Origin: Veleropilina oligotropha
Lineage: Eukaryota
Reading direction: 5' to 3'
NCBI GenBank assembly: GCA_048128005.1
Contig: JBEUKZ010000113.1
Location: 62,001 to 126,000 of the forward strand
DNA length: 64,000 nt
Shown: piece by piece, positions 47,263 through 60,912 of the stretch
Layout: each line of letters opens with the position of its first letter
How positions within the stretch are numbered: position 1 is the first letter of the stretch
Position numbers and translations under genes: made by a program
The notes under the pieces: generated by a model
Told to the model about the DNA's origin: nothing
The model's input: the letters and a program-made list of their open reading frames with translations, nothing else
Database searches by the model: none

Positions 47263-47638
47263 TTGTTTCCGTAACTCCTGGTATGCTGTTTTTCCACAGA
47301 ACGATGGAAATATGGACATATGTAAATCCCATCAAACCTATTGGCAAGAAGAACAGCATGATTGTCTGAAACATCTGATACACTAACTGGTTCATTGATG
47401 ACCACGTCGGGCTACAGGACACAAAAATCATGGCAAAGCGATCTTGTTTGAAAAATGTTGATACATCAAGAACTATGACGTCTGGTATTGCTGTGATGAT
47501 GGAGATAATCCATATAAGAATGATAATAATCCTTGCACGTGATATCGTGCTCTTGAACTTCAGCGGATAGCATATGGCGTACCACCGCTCTAGGGATATT
47601 GCACTCAGCGTAAGGACCGAGACGGACACAGACACAAT
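47263..47638 (-). CDS. GPCR paralog B, exon 2 (TM3-TM5)
   Basis: TTTCAG acceptor and GTAAGT donor. Encodes IVSVSVSVLTLSAISLERWYAICYPLKFKST...FFLPIGLMGFTY. Confidence 0.95.
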
Positions 47639-48849
47639 CTGAAATGCAATACCTATATGAGATCACACACACACATATATATATATAATACTAGCAAGCT
47701 CACCCGTTTACAAACGGGTGATCGCTGAAATCACCAATCCACCATAACACATGCCTGCCCCCTCTGCCTTCTTCCCCCCTCACACCTGCCTGCCCCCACC
47801 CCTCTATCCGTCCCGATACTCTCTCAATGAGCTCACGCTATCTCTATATAAATATAACAATGAACTTGGCCAATTCGAACGGGCACGGACGTCGGAAGTG
47901 ACAAACCGACACGCACGCTATCCGTGTAAATATATCATATCAGCGGAGGTAAGTGTCATTTTACGATCATATTTTGAGTTTTCAATGCTGAAAAAGTATT
48001 ACGAATAGCGGCTGATGAATCCATGGTGGTGGTACCAATGCACAATAGAAATATTTGAAGCAGTGTTGTCTTGTTTCAGACTCTTTCCGATCGTGTCCTC
48101 CCCGGGCCCGGTGTCCGAGAAGTAGCGAGTGAGTACTGACCGCTGTAGATTAGGGCCACCAACTAGTTCGGGCAATGAAATTATTTTTTCAGTTATCAAT
48201 CGTAGTTGTCCGTAACTGGCAGGAGAGGGCGACTGGCCTTTCCTCATGTGATAATATGGACATGTCCTGCTCTGAACCTGAATGCTGCAAATATTAAGCA
48301 TCCATCAAATCGATAGATGCTAACACGGAACAACAACACGTACAAAAACTTCAAATAAACTAGGCCGCTTCGACAGTCGTGTGGTATCGGTTGAGGACTC
48401 CGAAAATCACTGACTTGATTCCGTTGACGCGAACAGTAGTGGGTTCAAACCTCGGCATGGACATCACACATTTGTTGAAGTTATGAATGACAGTTGTCCG
48501 TAACTGGTCAGAGAGGGCGGGTTTCCCCGAGCTTTCATCCCGCGATAATACGGACATGTCCTGCTTTGAACCAAATGATCGTTGGAAATATACAGGACGT
48601 TAAGCATCGATCCTTTCCTTTCCTGTCCCAAATAAACTAACCGATCTCGCATGGAGGCAATCTTCCATTTAACACAATCATGCCCCGAGATCACGTGTGT
48701 CATGATCTGACAAGTATATCGTATATGTACAACTCGTTCATGAACCCGCCATAACTATTTTAGTACTTTACAAATAAATTTCGTCTATTATATAATTATG
48801 TAACTTATTGTAGGATAAAACAAATATCATTGCATGTTGAATTTCATAC

Positions 48850-49236
48850 CTGAAGAAACTGCACCAGTTTGCACATGACTTCTCCCAGGAACCAGGTTTC
48901 TGTAATGTCTACGAGAAGCGTAGACGGCTGACAGATCAGGATTACCATGAAGTCAGCGACAGCCAAATTAACGATGAAGATGTTTGTAACGGTCCTCATA
49001 TGATGATTTCTTCGAACAGCCAGGCACACCAGAAAGTTCCCGATAAGGCCGATGAAAAACACCAAAACTGATAGTATGACTATGAAGATTTCCCCTCCGG
49101 ATGGCTTGATCCAGTTAAAGATAAACGCCTCATAGTCTTCGTAAGACAAGCAATACTCGAATTCACAGGTGACATTCGAAGATTCTGTAGACTCTGTGTC
49201 CATGCCCACGGAAACGTTGTCGCTGTTGCCTAACAT
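48850..49236 (-). CDS. GPCR paralog B, first coding exon (N-terminus to TM3); full CDS 1182 nt, 393 aa
   Basis: GLIGNFLVCLAVRRNHHMRTVTNIFIVNLAVADF...ETWFLGEVMCKLVQFLQ is typical of orexin/allatotropin receptors; GTATGA donor. Confidence 0.95.
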
Positions 49237-50965
49237 TTTGATGATATTCGGTGGACTATCGTAAAAATAGCGCTAAAACTTGAGTGTACACCAAACCGTT
49301 CACACAATAATATCTTTTCAACAAGATTGCTGATAAATCATGCCTTGGTAATATCATAGTAATGGCTGGTATCTGACAATGGTTCTTCGCGAATGTATAG
49401 AAAACCAATAATTGCTAATTGACATATCTTACATGTTAATGCACCTAATTTAATATGAAATATTGTAGCATCGAAGAGATTTTTCAGGCTGCGTTACATA
49501 TGAAGAGATTCAGATGTCAGCAATTAACACAAATTATGGTTAATCCGTATCGCTAATATGATCTTTGGTGTCAGTTATCAATTAAATTGGTTTCTTCCGT
49601 CAAATTAAATGCAATAAAAGGCCTCTGTGAAAGCTTAAAAGTAGACAAAATGCGTAATGGTGCATTGGGTTTTAATGTTCGTTGTCAAACTGGCTTCATT
49701 TTCTGATTCGATGGAGACACAGTGATCGAGAAACTTTTGAACCTGCAAAAAGAAAACCAAAAATCAATGGTTGAAGACTTATTACTTCGGCCTTATTAAA
49801 CTCAACACGCTGTTAATGTCTCGGGATCTCGCAAATTACGAACTTTACTGAAAGATCGCACTTAATTAGTCAAATCAGGGAAATGGGCAAAATTCAAGGC
49901 TGTTGCAGATTTGTATCAACCACAGGCGTAAGTGCCAAGAATAAAATCGACCGATCTTAATGTTGTTTCGTGCTGATTAATAAAGCATAAGTCAAATCTG
50001 GATGCTTATGATATCTGTTAACCACACTTATTCGTGTATTGGTGTGGGCACGAAGAGTATGTATACATAGTTCACCCGTTCATTGTATTATCAGGATGCT
50101 TGCCTGGAGTTGTACACTCATGTAATTTCTGGGGTAATGAACGACCAAATATAAATAATCTTTGTTTCCACCTAATATTACGTAAATGTAAATCACATGT
50201 ACATTATGTGTTGTCCATTATGTGATCTTCCAGTGCAAAGACTGAACTCGCCAATTTGTAATAATATTAATTGTGTTGTGTTGGATTTTGTTTATTACTA
50301 CTCTCCATGAGACACTGACAGTAGTATGTATCATCACTAGTTGGGACGCATCTAATAATTGATAGTCACGAACGTACGAAAATATTAATGCTGGTCGTGG
50401 TGACTTCTTTGAGAAAAGGTCTAAACATAGCGCGAGACTCGGTCGACTCACTCGATCTTTTCTGGATAGTTTGGCTTCCTAGTTGACAGGGGAAGAAGTG
50501 CTAGTATTATAGGCTGGTTGTCTAATCGGAAAAACGTGTAGTTAAACCACGAGGCGCGACGCGCCGAATTGTATAACTGCACAGGCTTTTCCGATTATAT
50601 AGCACAAACCGAGTAATATAACCGACTTAAACCTTTGCACAAGTGTACCATAATTTAAAATATATAATTTTACTAACCTAATACTCCAATTTTTAGTGTA
50701 AGAAAGTAGTCCCCCGTGGAATAACTGCGAATATGATCAGTTAGGCAACGGGCCAAGACAATAGAATGACGTCTTAAAAATATTTTAGGAATAGTGCTTT
50801 ATATGTGTTTGAACTGCATTTTCGATACGATAATTGACTCCTGTGTGAATGTAAAATTGAGTCCCCCCAGCCAGTTTAAGTTTATAACGCAATGTATATT
50901 TGCTTACGCAACATCACAGAAATTATATACATAATATTATATATTTATAAATGTAGTGTGAATCT

Positions 50966-52908
<1,943 letters not shown>

Positions 52909-54096
52909 TTATGCCTTTCATATAATTGTCTAATAAATACATACAAGCCAGAGCCGACCGTAACTGGTCATCAATTGTATCAGTTTGAATGCCATGTTTC
53001 TCGTCGGTTCCCGTAGCTTAGTCGGTAGAGCGCCTCGACGGTATTGAGGAGATCGCGGGTTCGAGTCCCGTCGGGATATATGACATTTTAACTGATACAC
53101 AAATTTCATATGTTATTAATAATATTATGATATGGCGAATGACCGTATACATCGTTGCCAGTGCGTTAAATATATGTTGGTTAAAACAAAACCATGTTAT
53201 GCCTTTCATATAATTGTCTAATAAATACATACAAGCCAGAGCCGACCGTAACTGGTCATCAATTGTATCAGTTTGAATGCCATGTTTCTCGTCGGTTCCC
53301 GTAGCTTAGTCGGTAGAGCGCCTCGACGGTATTGAGGAGATCGCGGGTTCGAGTCCCGTCGGGATATATGACATTTTAACTGATACACAAATTTCATATG
53401 TTATTAATAATATTATGATATGGCGAATGACCGTATACATCGTTGCCAGTGCGTTAAATATATGTTGGTTAAAACAAAACCATGTTATGCCTTTCATATA
53501 ATTGTCTAATAAATACATACAAGCCAGAGCCGACCGTAACTGGTCATCAATTGTATCAGTTTGAATGCCATGTTTCTCGTCGGTTCCCGTAGCTTAGTCG
53601 GTAGAGCGCCTCGACGGTATTGAGGAGATCGCGGGTTCGAGTCCCGTCGGGATATATGACATTTTAACTGATACACAAATTTCATATGTTATTAATAATA
53701 TTATGATATGGCGAATGACCGTATACATCGTTGCCAGTGCGTTAAATATATGTTGGTTAAAACAAAACCATGTTATGCCTTTCATATAATTGTCTAATAA
53801 ATACATACAAGCCAGAGCCGACCGTAACTGGTCATCAATTGTATCAGTTTGAATGCCATGTTTCTCGTCGGTTCCCGTAGCTTAGTCGGTAGAGCGCCTC
53901 GACGGTATTGAGGAGATCGCGGGTTCGAGTCCCGTCGGGATATATGACATTTTAACTGATACACAAATTTCATATGTTATTAATAATATTATGATATGGC
54001 GAATGACCGTATACATCGTTGCCAGTGCGTTAAATATATGTTGGTTAAAACAAAACCATGTTAAGCCTTTCATATAATTGTCTAATAAACACATAC
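52909..54096. repeat. 288-bp tandem repeat, ~4.1 essentially identical copies
   Basis: Identical ORF-track hits spaced exactly 288 bp apart; each unit holds a tRNA-like sequence. Confidence 0.97.
53007..53079 (+). tRNA. tRNA-like sequence (GGT in anticodon position), probably pseudo-tRNA or SINE head; copies at 53295, 53583 and 53871
   Basis: A-box TAGCTTAGTCGG and B-box GGTTCGAGTCC; D, anticodon (CCTCG/TGAGG) and T stems pair. The acceptor stem has only 5 of 7 pairs and position 33 is C. Confidence 0.6.
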
Positions 54097-54649
54097 ACAC
54101 ACACACATACATACATAAAGTCATCTTATCAATATGGTACTTGGAGATGTGTGATATTGTAATACATGTAGCAAAAGATTTACATGAACAGCGATCATTT
54201 TTCATATTTGCAGACAGGGAACATAAGTAAAGACTAGATACGTACGCCACACATTTAAAAGGCATTTTAAAACTATTCCTTATTAGTGTAGTACTGATGA
54301 GTATACAAATTGTTTTAATATGATTTTACGCAAGTACCAATTTCATACTAACATTTTTTTTTTAATGACAGAAGACCTGTGATTTGTTGTTTTAACCCCA
54401 CGATTTGATTATTATTATGTATCAGAATGGATAAGAGCAAGGACACTGAATTAACTCGACTGACTAATTTGCATGTCAATCCTGGGTTCGAATCCTCGGC
54501 GGAAGACTCTTTGTTCAAATAAGACCCACAATTGTCCTCGACTGACCGGTGACGACGGTTGTGCAGGACGATCGGACATTCATCCCGCCAAAATATGGAT
54601 ATTTCCTGGCATGAACCTGAAAGTCGTTGAAAGCGAAACATTAAGCATC

Positions 54650-55072
54650 AAGACTAATCAAGCTAAACATGAAAAGTGGGGCCGCCAGGGGGCGTATTGG
54701 ATAAAAGATGGCCCCTAATTCACATGCATCATTGCTCAGATTCATATGAGTAGGTGCAATTCCACGGAATGCAGTTTGGGCTGCACAACAGTCACAGTTG
54801 CCCATAATTGGACGTTGAACGACCAGGCTTCCCAGCCGACAAAAGACGTTGTTACAATTTGCAAGATGGCAAAGTACATGCCTGTTAGGCGCTTGACCAG
54901 TCATTCTGACATATTCTGCCACTGCCAACCAGGTACCCAATTAGATCTCGGATCAGCTGGGTGAACCGAGGCAATATATGCTTAATTCCTTACCCAAGGG
55001 AAGTCGCCGGGATCGGGGTTGAACCCCAAACCTCTCGAGTAGAAGCCAGTGCATCTACCACTATACCACGGC
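54650..55072 (-). mobile_element. tRNA-derived SINE with conserved central domain (Nin/Deu-type, tentative)
   Basis: The - strand reads CCGTGGTATAGTGGTAG...GGTTCAACCCC...CCTTGGGTAAGG...TTGCCTCGGTTCACCCAGCTG...TGGGTACCTGG. Confidence 0.55.
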
Positions 55073-55776
55073 TGCAACTGTCTAGATGGATGATAATGAA
55101 ATATTTTAAGATTGCAGATGCTGTTTTTCACACATCCATGTTTTTTTCATATTTAATATAAACGAAAATGTGTTTTCCAAGACTTCACAAAAAATTAGAT
55201 GACACAATATTAGCGTATAATAAAAGATGAATTTCTCGTGTATATAGTATATTTTTATGTATTATTTTTAACAAATGTTGAATATTAATTCCTCGATGAT
55301 TTTCAAACACTTTTGCTTGTAAATACGACATGTCGCAATATTTTAAAGCTGATAGACGTCTAGTGATAGCACTATCGTTATCTTATTGTAAATTAATGGT
55401 TTACAATAAGAAAAACATACCGTCCCATTCAACAATAAAATACTAAAATAGATATTTTAATACATCGTTTATTCAAAGGAACATGCATATATAACTTCTA
55501 GATGACATAACAAATCGGTATCAGGTCGTAACCAGACATCGACATGCATTATTGATAAGATGCAACCGACTATAATCGCGAGCCGAGACCGGTTTATTAC
55601 CTATTAATTTATACATATTCTCCATTATTATACGACCACTTTTGGCAATTGTTTAACCGTATCGTTGTCGGGACACTTAGATCTGACCGACATACATTCT
55701 ATTATTTTAAGCGGTAGAACGAACCGCCGATGGTCTCGAACCCGTGACGAACTAACGCTTCGGTTGAGAGTCTGAC

Positions 55777-57049
55777 TATGAAAGCACAAGAGGCTCACCT
55801 TTAATTAATTAAGGCCTAGGCGGTAATTAATTACCGCCTAGGGGATAATTATAACCCCCTAGGCGGTAATTACCGCCTAGGCCTTAATTATAACCCCCTA
55901 GGCGGTAATTAATTACCGCCTAGGCGGTAATTATAACCCCCTAGGCGGTAATTAATTACCCCCTAGGCGGTAATTAATTAACCCCTAGGTGGTAATTATA
56001 ACCCCCTAGGCGGTAATTAATTACCGCCTAGGGGGTAATTCTTAGTGCAACCAATCAAAATCGGTCTGTCATGAACTTGTTATACACAGAACCTCGGTAA
56101 TCTCCGTCCGACGAAAATATTCATTACATATATATATATATATATATGGGCGACGTTGTGTTTATAATACATATAATATAGATATCGAGTGTCCTATAAC
56201 TCTTGATAATAAATCCATCAGTAATATTCGTGCAATATACCTATCACCAAAGTGTTCGAATTTATTTAAATTATATATATCAGTAATATAATGCAATCTT
56301 GAATTGACCCATACACATATATATGCATGCCGTGACCTACAACATCTGTGCATTGACCTAGCTTTGTCTACAGCAGTCGGATCCCTACTGTCCCGTTTTG
56401 ACCTATAATCAGTGTATCGAAATTTCTCGAATATCATCTTCATAACTCTTACACAATGGAAATTGGTGAGAAATAATTTATTTATTTATTATTTTACTAA
56501 CGCGGGTAACACGGGTTATATTCGTTATACATTCTTCTATTCTTGAAATAGAAATTTGCGGTGCTAACGAATTTTGCTCAACGGATCTGATGACGTCTGT
56601 AATAATTTGCCGAATATTATTAAAAAATGCCACAGTTGGTATAGCATCGCTATTTTCCATCTTCCATCTGTGAAATACGTCTGCATGCAGCTGCGTGACC
56701 TTCACTCAAGTATTTCACGAAACTAGCCGAGTCATATGAACCAAATAGAGAAACAACGCAGTCACTGATTGGCTGCATCATATAATTACCGCCTAGGGGT
56801 TAATTAATTACCGCCTAGGGGGTTATAATTACCGCCTAGGCAGTAATTAATTACCGCCTAGGGGGTTATAATTACCCCTAGGCGGTAATTAATTACCGCC
56901 TAGGGGGTTATAATTAAGGCCTAGGCGGTAATTAATTACCGCCTAGGGGGTTATAATTACCGCCTAGGGGGTTATAATTACCCCCTAGGCGGTAATTAAT
57001 TACCGCCTAGGCCTTAATTAATTAAAGGTGAGCCTCTTGTGCTTTCATA
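55777..57049. mobile_element. Foldback MITE with ~265-bp palindrome-built TIRs and 6-bp TSD (IS3EU-like ends)
   Basis: Starts TATGAAAGCACAAGAGGCTCACC and ends GGTGAGCCTCTTGTGCTTTCATA; TSD TCTGAC at 55771-55776 and 57050-57055. Confidence 0.9.
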
Positions 57050-57254
57050 TCTGACGCTCACCACTCACCCACCGATGCCTGAGAGACCGAGTTTGATAAT
57101 ATCTGACGAGACAGTGGAATATGTTAACCAACGCGGAAATGTGTGTGCGTATGGAAACGCCGAAGAATAATATTTTTATTCTTCATTTGTTTCCTAAACG
57201 CTAGTATGCCATCGATATTCAATTATGCATAACGTGACGTCATTGCTTTAATGA

Positions 57255-57830
57255 TTATTTATTCATGATAATAATAATTGTCTTTTTTATAGCGCATTTT
57301 CCAAATTGTTCAAAAGCGCTGTACAATAGTTCCACCAATTTATCTAGCACGGTATCATACTTTATTTTAAAGAAATGAGTTTTCAGAAGCGATTTAAAAG
57401 AATAAATGGAATCAGCTTGTCGAATGTTAAGTGGCAGAGAGTTACAGACTTTTAGAGCATAATATAACAAGAAAATGCATGATCTCTATAGCGAGCTGTC
57501 CTAGACTTTGGTATCTGGAGCGCATATTCAAAGATGATGATCTCAACTGTCTAGATGGATGATACTCATGCAACAAGTTACGAATATATTGCGGGGCAAC
57601 TCCGCACAAAGATTTGTATACAGGAAGTGACACTTTGAAGTCGATTCTGACATCTACTGGTAACCAGTGAAGGGATTTGAGAACAGGTGTTATGTGATCG
57701 CGTCTCTTTGTCAGGGTGATCATCCGTGCAGCTTTGTTTTGAACTAATTGAAGCCTAGTCAATTGTTCCCGGGGAATATCACAGAGTAGATTATTACCCT
57801 AGTCCAATCTGGCGATGACAAGTGATCAAC
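57255..57830 (-). mobile_element. 5'-truncated L2 LINE 3' fragment
   Basis: RLQLVQNKAARMIT...HITPVLKSLHWLP...FKSLLKTHFF. Confidence 0.9.
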
Positions 57831-58175
57831 TTGTTAAATATGCACATACATAAATGCAAGTATGGGGATAAGTAACAGGCAGCTTGTTCTTACGAAATCT
57901 TTTCGAATAATGAATTATGACATGTAGATGGTGAAAAACATGCTGAGGACAACTGCAGCGTGGGTGATATATTAATTTCTAGTTTATATAAATCTCATAT
58001 CTAGGAGTAGGGTGCACTAGTCCTGTAATCCACTATATAGTCCGAGGGTTCAATATATTATACTAGTCCTACCAAAATATTCAAGGAGGAGGCATTCTAC
58101 GCTCGGTTGGCAGCTCCCGCGGATATGCGATAACGGGTGTATTGTAAGGCAATGAATAGCATGTATAATCGTCCC

Positions 58176-58426
58176 TCGGACTAGTGGATCCTCGGACTAA
58201 TGAACCATCGGACTAGTGTACCATCGGACTAGTGTACCATCGTACTAGTGTACCATCGGACTAGTGTACCATCAGACTAGTGTACCATCGGACTAGTGTA
58301 CCATCAGACTTGTGTACCATCGGACTACTGTACCATCGGACTAGTGTACCATCTGACTAGTGTACCATCGTACTAGTGAACCATCGGACTAGTGTACCAT
58401 CGGACTAGTGTACCATCGTACTAGTG
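58176..58426. repeat. 16-bp minisatellite (GGACTAGTGTACCATC)n, about 15 copies
   Basis: Directly visible. Confidence 0.95.
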
Positions 58427-60060
58427 AGCGTTTTCCATAATTTCATAAGTTGTCGGATATACGTCTTTATCGAGCACGACGTAGTTCGATAACGTTAAAT
58501 TACTTAAAGCGCATTGTTCCGTCCTTAAAGACCAGGGTGACACTATAAAAGTGCGGAGGCGGTGACCATGTCATTTCTGTGTTGGCAACCGGCGAGACAA
58601 CATCGAGGAATCGACATTATAAACAATATGATTGGATGGCAAATTGTGGAAACAAGACTGCGACTTTGATTGACAGTCACATAGCAAAAGACTTACTTAA
58701 TTATTGTGATGTAATGATGTGTTTCTTTAGTGTAGGCAATTAACTTCACAGGCAAGCTAGATTCACCGACGACAGAAGGTCACGCCTCAAAAGCGCAGGT
58801 CTCGCCTACCTACCGGGTGATTGCAGATTCCGGCCTTTAAATTGTTTAATAATCTTAATGTAAATATTTATTTCAAATGCAATCAAAGTAATCAAAATGA
58901 AAAGTACGTGTTAAGAAAAATTATCCAGCATTAATGTGTATATGCAAGCGTAAAATGATATTCCATGTTTGCATATAATCTATCGAACATGATACTCTTA
59001 CCTTGCAATTATGTTTCAATTGTGGTTCGTCTTGTCATAATACTCTGATATGCTTAGCACTTTTGATTATCTGGGATGTTGACTCATATATCAAATTCAA
59101 TCCCACGCTAGTTAAACGTATTGCTCACCCACGTCTATTACCGGCCGACAAACATTAGCATCTATTTCAACAACACGTAACGTCTGCAGGTGACGTCTAT
59201 ATGCGTAAACGACGACACGTACATCTATAAAATCATCCAAGCAAGAACATCGGGCATACGTTATCGAAGTCGTGGACCCGATAACGATTAAATTATATAT
59301 ACGTGAATATTTATCGTCATCAATACATTTCAATACACCAAATCACACAACTGGACTTCATAAACGGTATGTCCAGATAAGATTACTGCAATATCGCGGT
59401 TCTGTTAATTAGTTTATGACAAGCCAACCGCGTTAGATAAAATATTGATTAATTGTTTAAACACTCATTTAGAGGGCGAATTATAAATGTGCACTCAGCG
59501 CGAACGTGTTAATTTACGACATCGTCCAGCTAATCGATTTATGACGTACTCAGCAATCCGTGGCCGAAATAATGGTTTTGGTGACTTAATGTGTCAATAA
59601 AAGAAAAAGTGAAATTGCGGCAACTGAGGCACTAATATCTAGCGAAATATTATGAGCACTGGGGAAACAGTTTTAATTACAATTGTCAGGTAATGCACAC
59701 AAATTGACCACGAAGTGCTTTCTTGATGACCAACTCTTAATGGTTGGTGGGATGTTTGTTACAGGTCATATATTTAATAGCATAGCTATTTCAATTTTAT
59801 ATAATGACATTGACAGTACCACGCATTTGATTTGCATATTTTGGAAAATACATGCATTAACTCGATTTCTAACCTCACCAGGTAAATAAATATGCACACA
59901 ACAGCTAGGCACGTCTACTTGTATGGGTATCAAATTTGATACCAAACGCCACGTCATATTGATGGCGCAAAACTAATTTATGCATCTCGAGTCGGTCATC
60001 GGAATGGATTTTTATCAATCCAGATCCCGATCTTGTCGGACATATATATACATATATATG

Positions 60061-60161
<101 letters not shown>

Positions 60162-60163
60162 TT

Positions 60164-60813
60164 GATGCAAGCCTGTCTTTGGAAGCGCACGTCAACACCG
60201 TCAGTAGAACATGTTACTACCACCTTCGAAATATTGCCAATATCCGCCATCTAATCACACTTGATGCAGCACATCACCTTGCAAGATCGTTGATCCTCTC
60301 AAGACTAGATTACTGCAATAGTCTTCTCGGAAATGCCCGTCAAGACCTCATTTCTAAACTTCAACGTGTCCAAAATGCAGCAGCAAGACTCATCACTAAA
60401 GGCAACAAACGTTCTCACATCTCCCCAGTACTCATCCAGCTCCACTGGTTGCCAATTCAAGCCAGGATCGATTACAAAATACTCAGCACCACGTACAGAT
60501 GTATTCACGGAACAGCTCCATCTTAGTCAAGCAGTATGTGCCTACTCGCGCCCTCAGATCAGCCCCCAACTCTCAGCTTGTTGTGCCAGCGGCTCGTCTG
60601 AAGACTTTTGGACAACGTTCATTCACTTTCACATCTGCATCTCTCTGGAACTCGCTCCCTCTGACCATAAAGGAATCTCTAACACTGAACACTTTCAAAT
60701 CGAGACTCAAAACCCACCTGTTTCACAAATACCATCATGTGTAAAGACTGCGCAACGAGCAATCACTTGGTGTTTGGAACATTGGCGCTATATAAGACTA
60801 CTTATTATTTTAT

Positions 60814-60820
<7 letters not shown>
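60164..60820 (+). mobile_element. 5'-truncated L2 LINE 3' fragment flanked by (TA)n on both sides
   Basis: LSRLDYCNSLL...LQRVQNAAARL...LHWLP...FKSRLKTHLF with one frameshift. Confidence 0.9.

Positions 60821-60912
<92 letters not shown>

Noticed and set aside
53007..53079. Functional tRNA-Thr(GGT)
   Set aside because: Mismatched first two acceptor pairs, C33, and an anticodon atypical for eukaryotes; kept only as tRNA-like.
53018..54265. Four identical 70-aa ORFs
   Set aside because: Antisense read-through of the 288-bp repeat and its tRNA-like sequence; no coding signal.
58176..58426. CRISPR-like regular repeat
   Set aside because: Head-to-tail 16-bp units with no spacers, in a eukaryotic context with no cas genes.
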